A stretch of 64,000 nt of DNA from Alphaproteobacteria bacterium (GTDB lineage: Bacteria > Pseudomonadota > Alphaproteobacteria > SP197). The first letter of the stretch is position 1, and every line of letters begins with the position of its first letter. A model generated the notes under the pieces. The model was not told where the DNA came from, ran no database searches, and worked only from the letters and a program-made list of their open reading frames with translations. Made by a program: the position numbers and the translations under genes. The stretch covers positions 4,288,001 through 4,352,000 of the forward strand of contig OZ219747.1 in NCBI GenBank assembly GCA_964291265.2, in the 5' to 3' direction. Of this stretch, positions 1-10,627 are shown piece by piece.

Positions 1-342
1 TGAGAGAATCGGGTGTGTCGCTACTGGGAACGCTAGAGGCGCACGCCGAGGTGGTTCAGGTCCTTTTTGTGGAGCGTCGTGGGCCGCGTGGTGATCTGGA
101 AGGGCCGCAGGGTTTCGACGTTCTCCATGGGCCAGGAGGATAGATTAGTGGCGGGGGGCTCATGCGGTTGGGGACGATGTCCACGTACATGGCAACGTAC
201 ATGGGGGCAACAGCCGCCTGTGTCAACAGGGTGTTGCACCGTTACATGGGAACTTCTGCATGTTGTCTCTGTGCGGTTTTATCAGTAAGTTCAACTACTT
301 GATGTGGTTATAGCGCTGAAATCGTCCGGAACTTCGGCTTAG
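1..342 (-). mobile_element. Internally deleted IS1634-family element remnant (right end probably beyond window start)
   Basis: The minus strand begins CTAAGCCGAAGTTCCGG at 342. An ATG at 190 gives MYVDIVPNRMSPP, then another frame gives NLSSWPMENVETLR joined directly to PFQITTRPTTLHKKDLNHLGVRL* (stop at 33). These resemble the N- and C-terminal segments I recall for IS1634 transposases. The end is homologous to the element at 45573-46400. Confidence 0.65.
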
Positions 343-422
343 ACGTCAGGATCAACCGGAAGACCGACGCCCTAAGCCGTTGATCGAAAGCGTTCGGCCA
401 GGCGGTGATGGACAGGACGGCG

Positions 423-1757
423 TCAGCCGGCAACATAGGGATTGCGGGTCGACCTGAAGCGCAACCTGAGCGGAATGCCGGGCAGATCGAAGTCCTGCCG
501 CAGACGGTTGACGAGGTAGCGCCGGTAGGAATCCGGGAGGCCGGCCAGTCTGCTGCCGAAGACGGCAAGGGTTGGGGGTCGCGATCCAGTCTGGGTGACG
601 TAGCGCAACCGCGCCCTGCCGCCCCTCACCACGGGCGGGGGATGTCGCTCCACAGTCACGGCAAGCCATCTGTTGAGGTCCGCCGTGGCGAGGCGCCGTG
701 TCCAGCGATCCTGAACGTCCACCACCGCCGGCATGAGCCGGTCCACACCCTGGCCGTCGGCCGCGCTCATCGTGAGCATCGGAGCGCCGCGCACCCGAGG
801 CAGGAGTTCCGCAAGCCGCAGGCCCAGTTCACGCTTGAGTGTTCGCGGCTCGTCGGCAAGGTCCCACTTGTTGATGACGACAACGAGGCCACGACCCTCA
901 CGCTGGACGTAATCGACTATGGCGAGATCCTGGTGATCGAACGCCTGATGCGTCTCCAGCACGACGACCACGATGTGCGCCTTGCGGATCGCCGCGAAAC
1001 TGTCGGCCACCGAGAGTTTCTCGACACGTTCCACCCTGCGGGAGCGACGCCTGATACCGGCGGTATCGATGAGTTCGATCTCGCGTCCGCAGAAGGACCA
1101 GCGCGCGGCGATGGCATCACGCGTCAGCCCCGGTTCGGGCCCGGTGATCACGCGCTCGCTGCCAAGGAGGCGGTTGACGAGGGTCGACTTGCCGACATTG
1201 GGCCGGCCGACGATGGCGAGGCGCAGGCGACGCCCGTCGTCATCGGCGCCATCTCCGTCAGCAGCCGGGGCATGGTGGGCGAGAGCGTCATGAAGGGCGG
1301 CCATGCCGTCGCCGTGTTCGGCGGAAACAGCGACAGGGTCGCCAAATCCCAGCGAGAACGCATCCCAGACTCCGGCCATCGCCGTGCGTGCCTCGGCCTT
1401 GTTGGCCACCAGGATCACGGGTGCTTCCGCCTTGCGCAATTCGCTGGCGACCTGCCTGTCACGCGCCGTCACGCCTTGGCGTGCGTCCATGACGAAGAGC
1501 AGGACATCAGCCTCGAGGAGAGCTTCGTCGGTCTGTTCACGCATGCGTTCCGCCATGGTCCCCGACACCGCGTCCTCGAGTCCCGCCGTATCGACAAGGC
1601 GGAAGGTCAGGGGCCCGATCCTGCCCTCGCCCTCCCGGCGGTCCCGCGTAACGCCTGGCTGCGGGTCGACCAGCGCCTCACGCCGACCGGTCAGGCGATT
1701 GAAGAGCGTGGACTTGCCGACATTGGGCCGGCCGACGATGGCGACCGTGAACGGCAC
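423..1757 (-). CDS. der: Ribosome biogenesis GTPase Der (EngA)
   Basis: Two tandem GTPase domains (GRPNVGKS twice, DTAG twice, NKAE/NKWD) and a C-terminal KH-like domain. Confidence 0.97.
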   Translation of the reverse strand: MPFTVAIVGRPNVGKSTLFNRLTGRREALVDPQPGVTRDRREGEGRIGPLTFRLVDTAGLEDAVSGTMAERMREQTDEALLEADVLLFVMDARQGVTARDRQVASELRKAEAPVILVANKAEARTAMAGVWDAFSLGFGDPVAVSAEHGDGMAALHDALAHHAPAADGDGADDDGRRLRLAIVGRPNVGKSTLVNRLLGSERVITGPEPGLTRDAIAARWSFCGREIELIDTAGIRRRSRRVERVEKLSVADSFAAIRKAHIVVVVLETHQAFDHQDLAIVDYVQREGRGLVVVINKWDLADEPRTLKRELGLRLAELLPRVRGAPMLTMSAADGQGVDRLMPAVVDVQDRWTRRLATADLNRWLAVTVERHPPPVVRGGRARLRYVTQTGSRPPTLAVFGSRLAGLPDSYRRYLVNRLRQDFDLPGIPLRLRFRSTRNPYVAG

Positions 1758-1761
1758 TCGA

Positions 1762-3072
1762 CTAGTCGAGAACGGTCAAGGCGCCCGAGTCGCCAACGAA
1801 GTAGAGTCTCGCGTTCGCGACAACAGGCGGCAGGGGCAGTCCGCGGTCCACCGACAGCGAGTCGATGATGTCGCCCGTGTGGGGTGAAAGAGTGACAGCA
1901 TCCCCGTGGCTTCCCGCCACGATCAGTCTATCGCCCGCGAGCACCGGCCCCGACCACAGAATGACGCCCTCCTTGTCCTCGGGATCCTCGTACAACGGCA
2001 ACCGGGTGATCCAGCGTACACGGCCGTCTTCCTTCAGGAAGCAGATGATCTCCGCATCACTGGTCACCACCCAGAGATGGTCACCGGCCACCCATGGCGT
2101 TTGCGTGATCGAGAGATTCTGTTCCCAGACCCTGATACCCCGCGTGACATCGATGGCTGCCAGTCGTCCGCCATAGCTGGCGACGAACACGAGATCGTGA
2201 TCGATGACGGCACTGCCGTTGATGTCATCGAGACCTGCCACGACGCCGGCCTGTCCGCCCTGTGCAAGGACATCGCTCCACACCACGCGGCCGTTCTCCG
2301 CTCTCAGGGCCACCACCTCACCAGTCGTGTAGGTCGCCACGACGAAGGATCCGGCAATGCTTGGCCCGCCGCCTCCCATAAGCGAGGCCGCCCCGAGAAG
2401 CCCGCGATGGACCCACAGGGAATCACCGGTCGCCGCATCCAGGGTCAGGAGCGTGTTGTCCGCGGTGACGACATGAACACGCCCCTGGCTTGCCGCCGGC
2501 GGCGTGCGGATCGGCGGGCCGGCGTCGATGCGCCACAAGGGAACGCCGTTGGCCGGATCGAGTGCCATGATCTCGCCATTGCCGGTTGTGACGAAGAGCC
2601 GGCCATCATCGAAGGCAAGGCCACCTCCCCAGCCGTCATCTTCCTCGGCGGCGGTGATGTCGGTGCTCCACAACGACGTTCCGGTCGCCGCATCAAGGGC
2701 AGAGACCCGGGTATCGGAATCGATCGCGAACACCATGCCCCCGGCAATGACAGGTGTTCCCACCAGCCGGCGCGAATCACTTCGACCATCGCCGATGGTG
2801 CGCGACCAGACCCGTTCCCATGATCCGCCGTGGGCCAGATGATGCATCGCCTTGTCGAGACTGCCGCCGTACTGGGGCCAATCCGGATTGAGGCGCACCG
2901 GGGGCAGCTCCAACGGCGTGGAGGCGAGTTCCGGGTCGCTTGCCAGACCGGAACCGAGTTCCAGGATGGCAATGCGTTCGCCCTCGAGCGGTGACGGTGG
3001 CGGATCACCGAACCAGTCGCTTTCGCAGGCGCCCAGCGAAAGGCTTGCCATGGCAAGGATGATCCAGCGCAC
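1762..3072 (-). CDS. PQQ-like beta-propeller lipoprotein (BamB-like)
   Basis: Lipobox LGAC; repeated ALDAATG..LW propeller motifs; conserved yfgM-bamB-der synteny. Confidence 0.85.
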   Translation of the reverse strand: MRWIILAMASLSLGACESDWFGDPPPSPLEGERIAILELGSGLASDPELASTPLELPPVRLNPDWPQYGGSLDKAMHHLAHGGSWERVWSRTIGDGRSDSRRLVGTPVIAGGMVFAIDSDTRVSALDAATGTSLWSTDITAAEEDDGWGGGLAFDDGRLFVTTGNGEIMALDPANGVPLWRIDAGPPIRTPPAASQGRVHVVTADNTLLTLDAATGDSLWVHRGLLGAASLMGGGGPSIAGSFVVATYTTGEVVALRAENGRVVWSDVLAQGGQAGVVAGLDDINGSAVIDHDLVFVASYGGRLAAIDVTRGIRVWEQNLSITQTPWVAGDHLWVVTSDAEIICFLKEDGRVRWITRLPLYEDPEDKEGVILWSGPVLAGDRLIVAGSHGDAVTLSPHTGDIIDSLSVDRGLPLPPVVANARLYFVGDSGALTVLD

Positions 3073-3074
3073 GG

Positions 3075-3737
3075 TCAGTATCTCCCGGTCGTCAGCGACA
3101 GCAGTTCACGTGCCCTCAGCACGGCCGACGGCGGCGCATCGGCGTCATCGACCAGCGCCTCGAAACTCGCCACCGCGAACTCCGTGTCACCTGTCCGCAG
3201 ATGAAGAAGACCCCTGAGCTCCAGGGCAAGAGGACGCCAGGCGCCATCGAGAAGCGGCGCCAGCCGTGCATCGACATCGTCGGGGTCAGCATGATCCACC
3301 ATCAGCATGACCGCATAGAGGGCCGCCAGTTCCCGCCAGGCGGGACGGATGTCGTCCATGGCGGCAAGGTCGTCATAGCGCTGCAATGCCAGGTCCCGCT
3401 CGCCGGCTTCGGCGAGAAGCTGTGCCTCGCGCATGCCGGCAAGCCAGGGATAACCGCCGTGTCCGTCCACATGGAGAGCGCCGAACGCGGACATCGCCTC
3501 GTCAATGTCTCCGGCGTCAACCTGACGTTCGGCGAGCCAGTACCGATAACCGTCGTCGCCGAGCCGGGCCTCCCGGTGCTCGTTCCATCCGGTGTAACCG
3601 GCGATCGCAAGCACCACCACGGCGACGGCGCCAAGCGCTTGGCGGCCATAGGCCCGCCACAGCCGAAGCCATCGTTCCCGCTGGAGGTCTTCCTCGACCT
3701 CGCGAATCAACTGGTCGCCGGCATTGGCCAAGGGCAC
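3075..3737 (-). CDS. YfgM-like tetratricopeptide membrane protein
   Basis: REVEEDL..ER..LW N-terminus, one TM helix, TPR-like helical region; position upstream of bamB-der. Confidence 0.8.
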   Translation of the reverse strand: MPLANAGDQLIREVEEDLQRERWLRLWRAYGRQALGAVAVVVLAIAGYTGWNEHREARLGDDGYRYWLAERQVDAGDIDEAMSAFGALHVDGHGGYPWLAGMREAQLLAEAGERDLALQRYDDLAAMDDIRPAWRELAALYAVMLMVDHADPDDVDARLAPLLDGAWRPLALELRGLLHLRTGDTEFAVASFEALVDDADAPPSAVLRARELLSLTTGRY

Positions 3738-3913
3738 CGCTCCGGAAGTCGCATGGGTCGGACAATCTAGCCACCACCGGGCCCTCCCGCAACCTTGTCA
3801 ATGATCTTCTCAGGATGATCCCGCGCTTGATTTCGCTTGACGTCGAGCGGACGCATGTCGGGTGAGGTGGAGCACCACGCACGGAGGCCGCTCCTCGCCA
3901 GCATCGCGGATCG

Positions 3914-4425
3914 TTGAGAACGGCCGGGTTGCCCGCCGCCGGCATGGCGCCGATGGTCCTCGCCATGTACCTGATGACCACCAAGGACGCGACGGCCAGG
4001 TGGCTCGCCGACAACCACTCCACAGCGCAGATTCTGCCGGTCCGGTTCGTCGCCTTCCCCGGTGTCGCCGCTTGGCTTCTGCAACCGCCCTCCTGGCGGT
4101 GTCTTTCCGAGCGTTGCTTCGGGTTGTCATCCGTCGCCCACAATCGAGACCAGGGCGCCGTGGTTCGCCGCATCGCGATCCTCGTGCCGGGCCTGTCGCG
4201 CCCCCTTCGATCGGCCCCCGGTAACCGTCGGCGATCAGCTCCCGTTCATCCTGATCGGTTGCCTCGATGCGGCTGCTGTTCCGTGCCCTTGAAGTCATCC
4301 GCCTTGATGCTCCAGTCCCTGCACGCTCGTGGTCTGGATCACGCTCAAGGGTTGCAGGTTGTTTGCGGATTCTCCTGACGGCCGGACCATCGTCGGCATC
4401 GGCATCGACAGGGGGTTCCATGCCT
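3914..4425 (+). pseudogene. Eroded DMT/EamA transporter pseudogene
   Basis: EamA-like fragments in shifting frames and in the expected order: MVLAMYLMTTKDATARWL...AQILPVRF; LPFILIGCL; LLFRALEV; TLVVWITL...LFADSPD; TIVGIGI. About half the normal length. Confidence 0.65.
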
Positions 4426-5313
4426 TCAGCCGCGAGTGCGCATCCCGGTCAGTGCATTGGCAAGAACGGCGCCGATGACAATGGTCCCGCCGATGAGCCC
4501 CGCCAGTGTCGGGCTTTCACCGATGATGAGCCACACCCACAACGGTCCGAGGATCACCTCGGTGAGGGCCAGCACCATGAGTTCGGCCGCCGGGACGTAC
4601 TTCGCGCCTGCGGCGAACAGGACCAGGGCCAGTGCGACCTGGAAGCACCCCATGTAGACGCACAGCACGAAGTCGTGGGTGCTGATGCCGAAACTGTCGA
4701 CAAAGACGACAGCAACGGTGCTGATCACGCACGATGCCATCACCAAGCCCAGCACCATGTCGCCTCGCCGGCCGCCACGAAGGGCGACACCGAAGGCGGC
4801 GAAGGTGACCGCCGCGCCGAGGGCCACCAGATTGCCGACAAGACGTCCCTCGCCGACGCCTTCCCACATCATGATCGCGACCCCCGCCATGGCCGCGCTC
4901 ATGGCGATCCAGGTGATCCGCCTCACCGGTTCGCGCAGCACGACCCAGGCAATCAATGCCGTGAAGAAGGGTTGCGAACTGATGATGAAGAAGACACTGG
5001 CAGCACGCGTATGAAAGAAGGCGAGGATGTAGAGAAGGTTGCTGACCGCGAGAAAGAACCCGGTCGCCAGGGCGGCCTTCCAGCTCGACCGCACCATGGC
5101 CGGCAGAGCCCGGTGATGACGCACGGCAAGGAGGCTCGACAGCACGAGGATGGCCACGATGGAACGGAAGAACTGGACCTGCCAGAATCCCGCCTCTTCC
5201 ATCGAGCCGATGATGACGCCCGACTGGCTGATGAAGACTCCGCCGGCGATGACAAGGAAGACACCCTTCAGATACCGGGGGTGCCTCTGCGATGAACGAT
5301 GTCCGGGCCTCAC
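4426..5313 (-). CDS. DMT/EamA family transporter
   Basis: About 10 hydrophobic helices, QPFFTAL..LRE and E..LGPLWVW motifs; start placed at GTG 5313, downstream of the guaA stop. Confidence 0.88.
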   Translation of the reverse strand: MRPGHRSSQRHPRYLKGVFLVIAGGVFISQSGVIIGSMEEAGFWQVQFFRSIVAILVLSSLLAVRHHRALPAMVRSSWKAALATGFFLAVSNLLYILAFFHTRAASVFFIISSQPFFTALIAWVVLREPVRRITWIAMSAAMAGVAIMMWEGVGEGRLVGNLVALGAAVTFAAFGVALRGGRRGDMVLGLVMASCVISTVAVVFVDSFGISTHDFVLCVYMGCFQVALALVLFAAGAKYVPAAELMVLALTEVILGPLWVWLIIGESPTLAGLIGGTIVIGAVLANALTGMRTRG

Positions 5314-5341
5314 GCCCGGTTGCCGCCCTGCAAGAGCGACA

Positions 5342-6901
5342 TCATTCCCATTCGATGGTTCCGGGCGGCTTGGAAGTGATGTCGTAGGCGACCCGGTTGA
5401 TGCCCCTGACCTCGTTGACGATACGACTGGCCACGTGTCCGAGGAAGGCATGGTCGAACGCGAAGACGTCGGCCGTCATGCCGTCCGTCGACGTGACGGC
5501 CCGCAGAGCGCAGACATGCTCGTAGGTCCTCTCGTCTCCCATCACGCCAACAGTGCGCACAGGAAGCAGGACGGCGAAGGCCTGCCATATTGCATCATGG
5601 AGACCCGCGCTCTTCAGTTCGTCGATGAAGATGGCATCGGCCCTCTGCAGGAGCGCCACCCGTTCCGGCGTGACCTCGCCCGGGATGCGGATGGCGAGGC
5701 CCGGACCGGGGAATGGGTGGCGGTTGAGCAGGGCATCGGGAAGACCGAGTTCGCGGCCAAGTTCGCGCACCTCGTCCTTGAACAGTTCCCTCAACGGTTC
5801 GACGAGCTCCAGCTTCATGCGTTCGGGGAGGCCGCCAACATTGTGATGGGACTTGATGGTGGATGACGGCCCACCATGGAACGAAACCGATTCGATGACA
5901 TCCGGATAGAGGGTGCCCTGGCCCAGGAAGTCGGCACCGCCCATGGCGCCCGCCGCCGCCTCGAAGACATCGATGAACGTCGAGCCGATGACCCGGCGCT
6001 TGTCCTCGGGCGCGGTGACCCCCGCGAGACGCTCCAGGAAGAGGTCCGGAACATGGCGAACGACGAGGGGAATGGCGTAGTGGCTGCGGAAGAGATGCTC
6101 GACGTCTCGTGCCTCGTTGAGACGCATGAGTCCGTGATCGACAAGGACACATGTCAACCGGGCTCCGATCGCCTCGTGCAGCAGGAGAGCCGTCACCGAA
6201 CTGTCGACACCGCCTGAAAGCCCCATGACGACGCGCCCCGTGCCCACCCGCGCCCGAATGCTCTCGACAGCTCGTGTGCGAAAGGCGGCCATCGACCAGT
6301 CGCTGGCGATACCCGCAACCTGGTGAACGAAGGAACCGATCAGCCGGGCTCCATCGGGCGTGTGAACGACCTCGGGGTGGAACTGGACACCGTAGATGCG
6401 CCGCGCATCGTCGGCGATGGCGGCGAAGGGCGAGGCCGCTGATGTGGCAACCACCCGGAACCCTTCAGGAATGGCCGTGATCCTGTCGCCGTGCGACATC
6501 CATACCTGGTGACGTTCTCCGGGAGACCAGACGTCGTTGAACAGCCTGCAGGTCCCGATGACGTCGACGAACGCGCGTCCGAACTCCCGCTCGTTCGCTG
6601 ATTCGACGGCACCGCCCAGCTGGGAGCAGATCGTCTGCTCGCCATAGCAGATGCCCAGCACCGGCACACCTTCATCGAACACCGCCTGCGGCGCCTGAGG
6701 CGCCTCGCCACTCGTCACCGAATCCGGTCCGCCTGAGAGAATGATGGCAGCGGGAGCAAAGCACCGGATGGTGTGTCCGGCCACGCTGAAGGGCATGATC
6801 TCCGAGTAGACACCCGCCTCGCGGACCCGCCGGGCTATCAGCTGGGTGACCTGTGAACCGAAGTCGAGGATCAGGACCCGGCCGGCGTCGGACACCGCCA
6901 C
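5342..6901 (-). CDS. guaA: GMP synthase (glutamine-hydrolysing)
   Basis: [31 protein letters not shown] and KPPGTIEWE motifs. Confidence 0.98.
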   Translation of the reverse strand: MAVSDAGRVLILDFGSQVTQLIARRVREAGVYSEIMPFSVAGHTIRCFAPAAIILSGGPDSVTSGEAPQAPQAVFDEGVPVLGICYGEQTICSQLGGAVESANEREFGRAFVDVIGTCRLFNDVWSPGERHQVWMSHGDRITAIPEGFRVVATSAASPFAAIADDARRIYGVQFHPEVVHTPDGARLIGSFVHQVAGIASDWSMAAFRTRAVESIRARVGTGRVVMGLSGGVDSSVTALLLHEAIGARLTCVLVDHGLMRLNEARDVEHLFRSHYAIPLVVRHVPDLFLERLAGVTAPEDKRRVIGSTFIDVFEAAAGAMGGADFLGQGTLYPDVIESVSFHGGPSSTIKSHHNVGGLPERMKLELVEPLRELFKDEVRELGRELGLPDALLNRHPFPGPGLAIRIPGEVTPERVALLQRADAIFIDELKSAGLHDAIWQAFAVLLPVRTVGVMGDERTYEHVCALRAVTSTDGMTADVFAFDHAFLGHVASRIVNEVRGINRVAYDITSKPPGTIEWE

Positions 6902-8365
6902 CTACCTCTCGGTCTGATAGTTGGGCGCATCGAGCATGGGCGCCACATCGTGGACATGGCTTTCACGCACCCCGGCGCTCGTCACCCTGACGAATCGGCA
7001 GCGGGTGCGCATCGCCTGAATGTCCGAGTTTCCGGTGTAGCCCATGGAGGAGCGCAGGCCCCCGGCCAGCTGGTGCACGATGTGATGCAACGGCCCCTTG
7101 TAGGGTACGCGCCCCTCGACGCCTTCGGGCACCAGCTTGACAATGTCGTTGATGCCTTCCTGGAAGTAGCGGTCAGCCGAGCCGCGGGCCATGGCGCCGA
7201 GCGAACCCATGCCACGATACTGCTTGTAGGAACGTCCGTTGAAGAGAAACACCTCGCCCGGACTCTCGTCCGTGCCGGCGAGGAGGGACCCGATCATCAC
7301 GCTATCCGCTCCGGCAGCAATCGCTTTTGCCAGATCTCCCGAGTACCGGATGCCTCCATCGGCGATCACCGGTGTTCCGGTTCCGGCTGCCTCCCCGACG
7401 ACATCCTCAATGGCTGTCAACTGAGGCACGCCGACACCGGCCACCACGCGCGTGGTGCAGATCGAACCTGGACCGATGCCGACCTTGATGGCATCGGCCC
7501 CATGGTCGATGAGCATGCGCGCACCCTCCGCCGTCGCCACGTTTCCGGCAATCACCTGCGCATGGTTCGACTGCTTCTTGATCATGTCGACGGCGTCGAT
7601 GACACCGCCTGAGTGACCATGCGCGGTATCGACGACCACCACGTCGACGCCGGCATCGATCAGGGCCTCGGCCCGTTCCCATCCATCCCGTCCGGCACCT
7701 GTCGCCGCACCGCAGCGCAGCCGCCCCTGCTCGTCCTTGCAGGCATCCGGATGGGTCGCCGCCTTGTTGATGTCCTTGACAGTGATGAGGCCCTTCAGAC
7801 GACCCTGCGGGTCGACCACGAGAAGTTTCTCGATCCGGTGACGATGCAGCAGGCGCTTCGCCTCGTCGGCCGTGACATCCTCGGTGACGGTGACGAGATT
7901 GTCGGCGGTCATCAGTTCGCACACCGGCTGGTCCATGTCGCTGGCAAACCGGACGTCCCGATTGGTCAGGATTCCAACAACGCGTCTGCTGGCGCCGTCG
8001 ACCACCGGAACGCCCGAGATGTCGTTGTTCGCCATGAGATCGAGTGCGGTCCGCAGCGACTCCCCGGGACCGATGGTGAGGGGGTTGACGACCATGCCCG
8101 ATTCGAACTTCTTGACCCGGCGCACCTCGTTGGCCTGCTCGGTCACGGACATGTTCTTGTGGATGATGCCGATACCGCCGCTTTGGGCCATGGCGATGGC
8201 CATGGCAGATTCCGTCACGGTGTCCATGGCGGCGGACAGCAATGGAATGCCGAGTTCAATGGACTTCGTCAGCCGGGTCGCCGTTGCCACCGAGTCCGGC
8301 AGCACCTGCGAAAAGGCCGGCACGAGGGAAACATCATCGAACGTGAGAGCTTCCCGTATTGTCAT
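6902..8365 (-). CDS. guaB: IMP dehydrogenase
   Basis: [19 protein letters not shown] pair, [10 protein letters not shown] catalytic motif, YRGMGS. Confidence 0.98.
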   Translation of the reverse strand: MTIREALTFDDVSLVPAFSQVLPDSVATATRLTKSIELGIPLLSAAMDTVTESAMAIAMAQSGGIGIIHKNMSVTEQANEVRRVKKFESGMVVNPLTIGPGESLRTALDLMANNDISGVPVVDGASRRVVGILTNRDVRFASDMDQPVCELMTADNLVTVTEDVTADEAKRLLHRHRIEKLLVVDPQGRLKGLITVKDINKAATHPDACKDEQGRLRCGAATGAGRDGWERAEALIDAGVDVVVVDTAHGHSGGVIDAVDMIKKQSNHAQVIAGNVATAEGARMLIDHGADAIKVGIGPGSICTTRVVAGVGVPQLTAIEDVVGEAAGTGTPVIADGGIRYSGDLAKAIAAGADSVMIGSLLAGTDESPGEVFLFNGRSYKQYRGMGSLGAMARGSADRYFQEGINDIVKLVPEGVEGRVPYKGPLHHIVHQLAGGLRSSMGYTGNSDIQAMRTRCRFVRVTSAGVRESHVHDVAPMLDAPNYQTER

Positions 8366-8445
8366 GCGCCACCCACCAGAAGTGGCACGGACAGGTATCA
8401 CGAAGGGACGCGGTGACCAAGGGAAGAGGCGCCGGCCTTGTGCAC

Positions 8446-8480
8446 AAAACCGTGGCGGACGCGAACGCCGCCCGCCACGG
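8446..8480 (-). terminator. Rho-independent terminator after the solute-binding protein gene
   Basis: Minus-strand stem CCGTGGCGG...CCGCCACGG followed by TTTT, 12 nt after the stop at 8493. Confidence 0.65.
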
Positions 8481-8492
8481 CATGGCGTGGTA

Positions 8493-9638
8493 TCAGAATC
8501 CGGCCTTGACTTCCTCGTACATGGCCTGAAGTTCCGGCTCGTTCCGGATCGTCGCCTGGAAGATGCCGGACGCGATGTAGCCCTCGACGTCCTCGGGAGG
8601 CAGGCCGCGCATCGTCAGTTCGGCAGCCGAAAAGGCCTCGTAGGTCTTGGTGTTTGAATGACCCATGCCGTTGGTCCGCACCCAGTAGTCGCCTGTCGAC
8701 GGAGCGAGGAAGGCATCGATGAGGTCATAGGCGCGGTCGATCTTGGCTTCGTCGGCAAAGGACATCAGCGTGATGCCGCACGTCCACGTCATCGGTCCTT
8801 CCTTCGGATTCATGAACGCCACCGGAATGTCTTCCTGAAGAAGGGCGAGCGGTGTCGAGTTCCACGAAGCGGCAGCCACCAGTTCGCCGGAGGCAAGCGC
8901 CTGCTCCCAGCTCGTGGTGTCGTTCGTGTAGTAGCGCAGCAGGGGCCGCTGCTCGACCATGAGCTGCTTGGTGACCGCGACTTCCTCAGGGGTCATGTCG
9001 AAGGGATCGGCAGCACCTGAATAGATCGCCGCCACCATGACACCGTCGATGAGGCTGTCGATCATCGACAGTCTGCCGGTGTACTTGGGATCCCACAGGA
9101 TCCCCCAGGTGTGTGTTTCCGGATCGATGTACTCAGGTGCCAGATCGGTCCTGAAGGTGACGGAGGTGAGACCCCACCAGGCGCAGACCATGAGCTGCTG
9201 GCCACCGATCATCATGTCCGGCACATTCCTGAGGACGGGGATGACATCGTCCCAGTGGGAGAGCCGACTGGTGTCGATCGGCTGCAGGAAGCCGAAGTCA
9301 TTCCACTTCTGCACCTTGTAGGAGCATGGCATGGCGACATCCGGCCGGAAGCCGGCAACCATCTTGGCCTCCGCTTCCTCTTCGTCACCCCACAGGGTGA
9401 AGTTCGGCGACGCACCGTGCCTGTCGATGTATTCCTGGTGCATTTCCGGCACTTCGTAGCTCGCCCACGTGAAGCAGGTGGGGTGCTCGTCGCCCTGGGC
9501 GAGTGCCGGGTGTCCGGAAAGCGGCGCGACGGTCATGCCGAGTCCCACCGATGCCAGTCCCGCCTTGAACTCACGTCGCGAGAGCCTGCCCATCTTCATG
9601 CGATCGACGAACCGTTCCACGTCTTGTCTGGATTCCAT
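8493..9638 (-). CDS. PotD/PotF-family ABC solute-binding protein, Tat-exported, no adjacent permeases
   Basis: SRREFK twin-arginine leader; [23 protein letters not shown] and PKEG motifs. Confidence 0.85.
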   Translation of the reverse strand: MESRQDVERFVDRMKMGRLSRREFKAGLASVGLGMTVAPLSGHPALAQGDEHPTCFTWASYEVPEMHQEYIDRHGASPNFTLWGDEEEAEAKMVAGFRPDVAMPCSYKVQKWNDFGFLQPIDTSRLSHWDDVIPVLRNVPDMMIGGQQLMVCAWWGLTSVTFRTDLAPEYIDPETHTWGILWDPKYTGRLSMIDSLIDGVMVAAIYSGAADPFDMTPEEVAVTKQLMVEQRPLLRYYTNDTTSWEQALASGELVAAASWNSTPLALLQEDIPVAFMNPKEGPMTWTCGITLMSFADEAKIDRAYDLIDAFLAPSTGDYWVRTNGMGHSNTKTYEAFSAAELTMRGLPPEDVEGYIASGIFQATIRNEPELQAMYEEVKAGF

Positions 9639-10627
9639 TTTGACCCTGATCTCCCATTCCCTGTTGTGTTGCCGGGATCTCCCGTGTGCTCACGATACCA
9701 TAGTGGCCCGTGCCAAGGCAGACAACGCCACCAGGGGTTGCCGGCCAGGAGCGCATGTGACCGACCTCCTTCCAGGGCAAGTCCCACGGCCGTCTTTCCG
9801 GGGAGGTAACCGTTCGGGTTCCGGTGGATCGCAGCCTTCTTCCGGGCTTTCACTGACAACGACTTCGCGCCTGCGCTGCCGTCTCGCGCATGGCCGTTCT
9901 CGACGCGGATATCTGCCCCTACCCGACGGCGGCGACGCTGTGTTGCCGCCGCGGAAGCCGCTGAACCGGCGGTCCGCGCTTGCAGGATCGGAGGCGCGCC
10001 TCGAGGAGGAACGAGATCGCGCGAACATTGCGGAGTTGCGGCGCGGAGACGGAGGCTCAAGCACCTTGTGAACTCGCTCGCGGGGCGGCTCGGCAGCTCA
10101 AGTTGACCACAACGAAAACCGCGTCGCAGGCGGTGAAAGCACTGGTCGAGTCCCGGGACGACGAGATCGCCGATCTTCAACTCAACGTGGCGCAGGGCTG
10201 CGTCAGGCCATGATCTGCCTCCGACGGAACTGCCTCGCAGACGGACATTGCGGCGACGGCCGGTGCCGCAACCTTTTGCCCCGCCCTTTCCGATAGCGTA
10301 ACTTGGCGATGGCCCGCTGCCGGGCGGCTGACCGAACAAGGAGGGCTCAGCATCACCGTTCGCGACATCGCCCCCGGAACAAGCCCTGGCGCTCGGCAGT
10401 TCGGCCTGTCGACAGAGGAATTGGTTCGCCGCCCGAAGCCACCCGAAGTCCTCGCGCGACACGGCGGAGAGAAGCACGGCAGCAAGCTCCACCCCCGGAA
10501 CGTGGCGGCTGCAGCCGCTGACGGGCGGCCGAGGATTTCGCCTGGTTGACCCGCCGATGAGACGTGCCAGGCTGCAACGCACCCCTCGGCGGCGAGTGGA
10601 CGGCGGCCGGGAAAGGGAAGGGAATTC

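Noticed and set aside
183-249. TACATGG repeats as plasmid iterons
   Set aside because: Better explained as part of the IS leader and transposase start; no rep gene is present.
335-379. Hairpin CGGCTTAG...CTAAGCCG as der terminator
   Set aside because: Long loop and no U-tract; one arm is the IS end, so its role is unclear.
5300-5400. Genomic island at the guaA 3' end (a known integration hotspot)
   Set aside because: No integrase and no duplicated guaA tail seen downstream.
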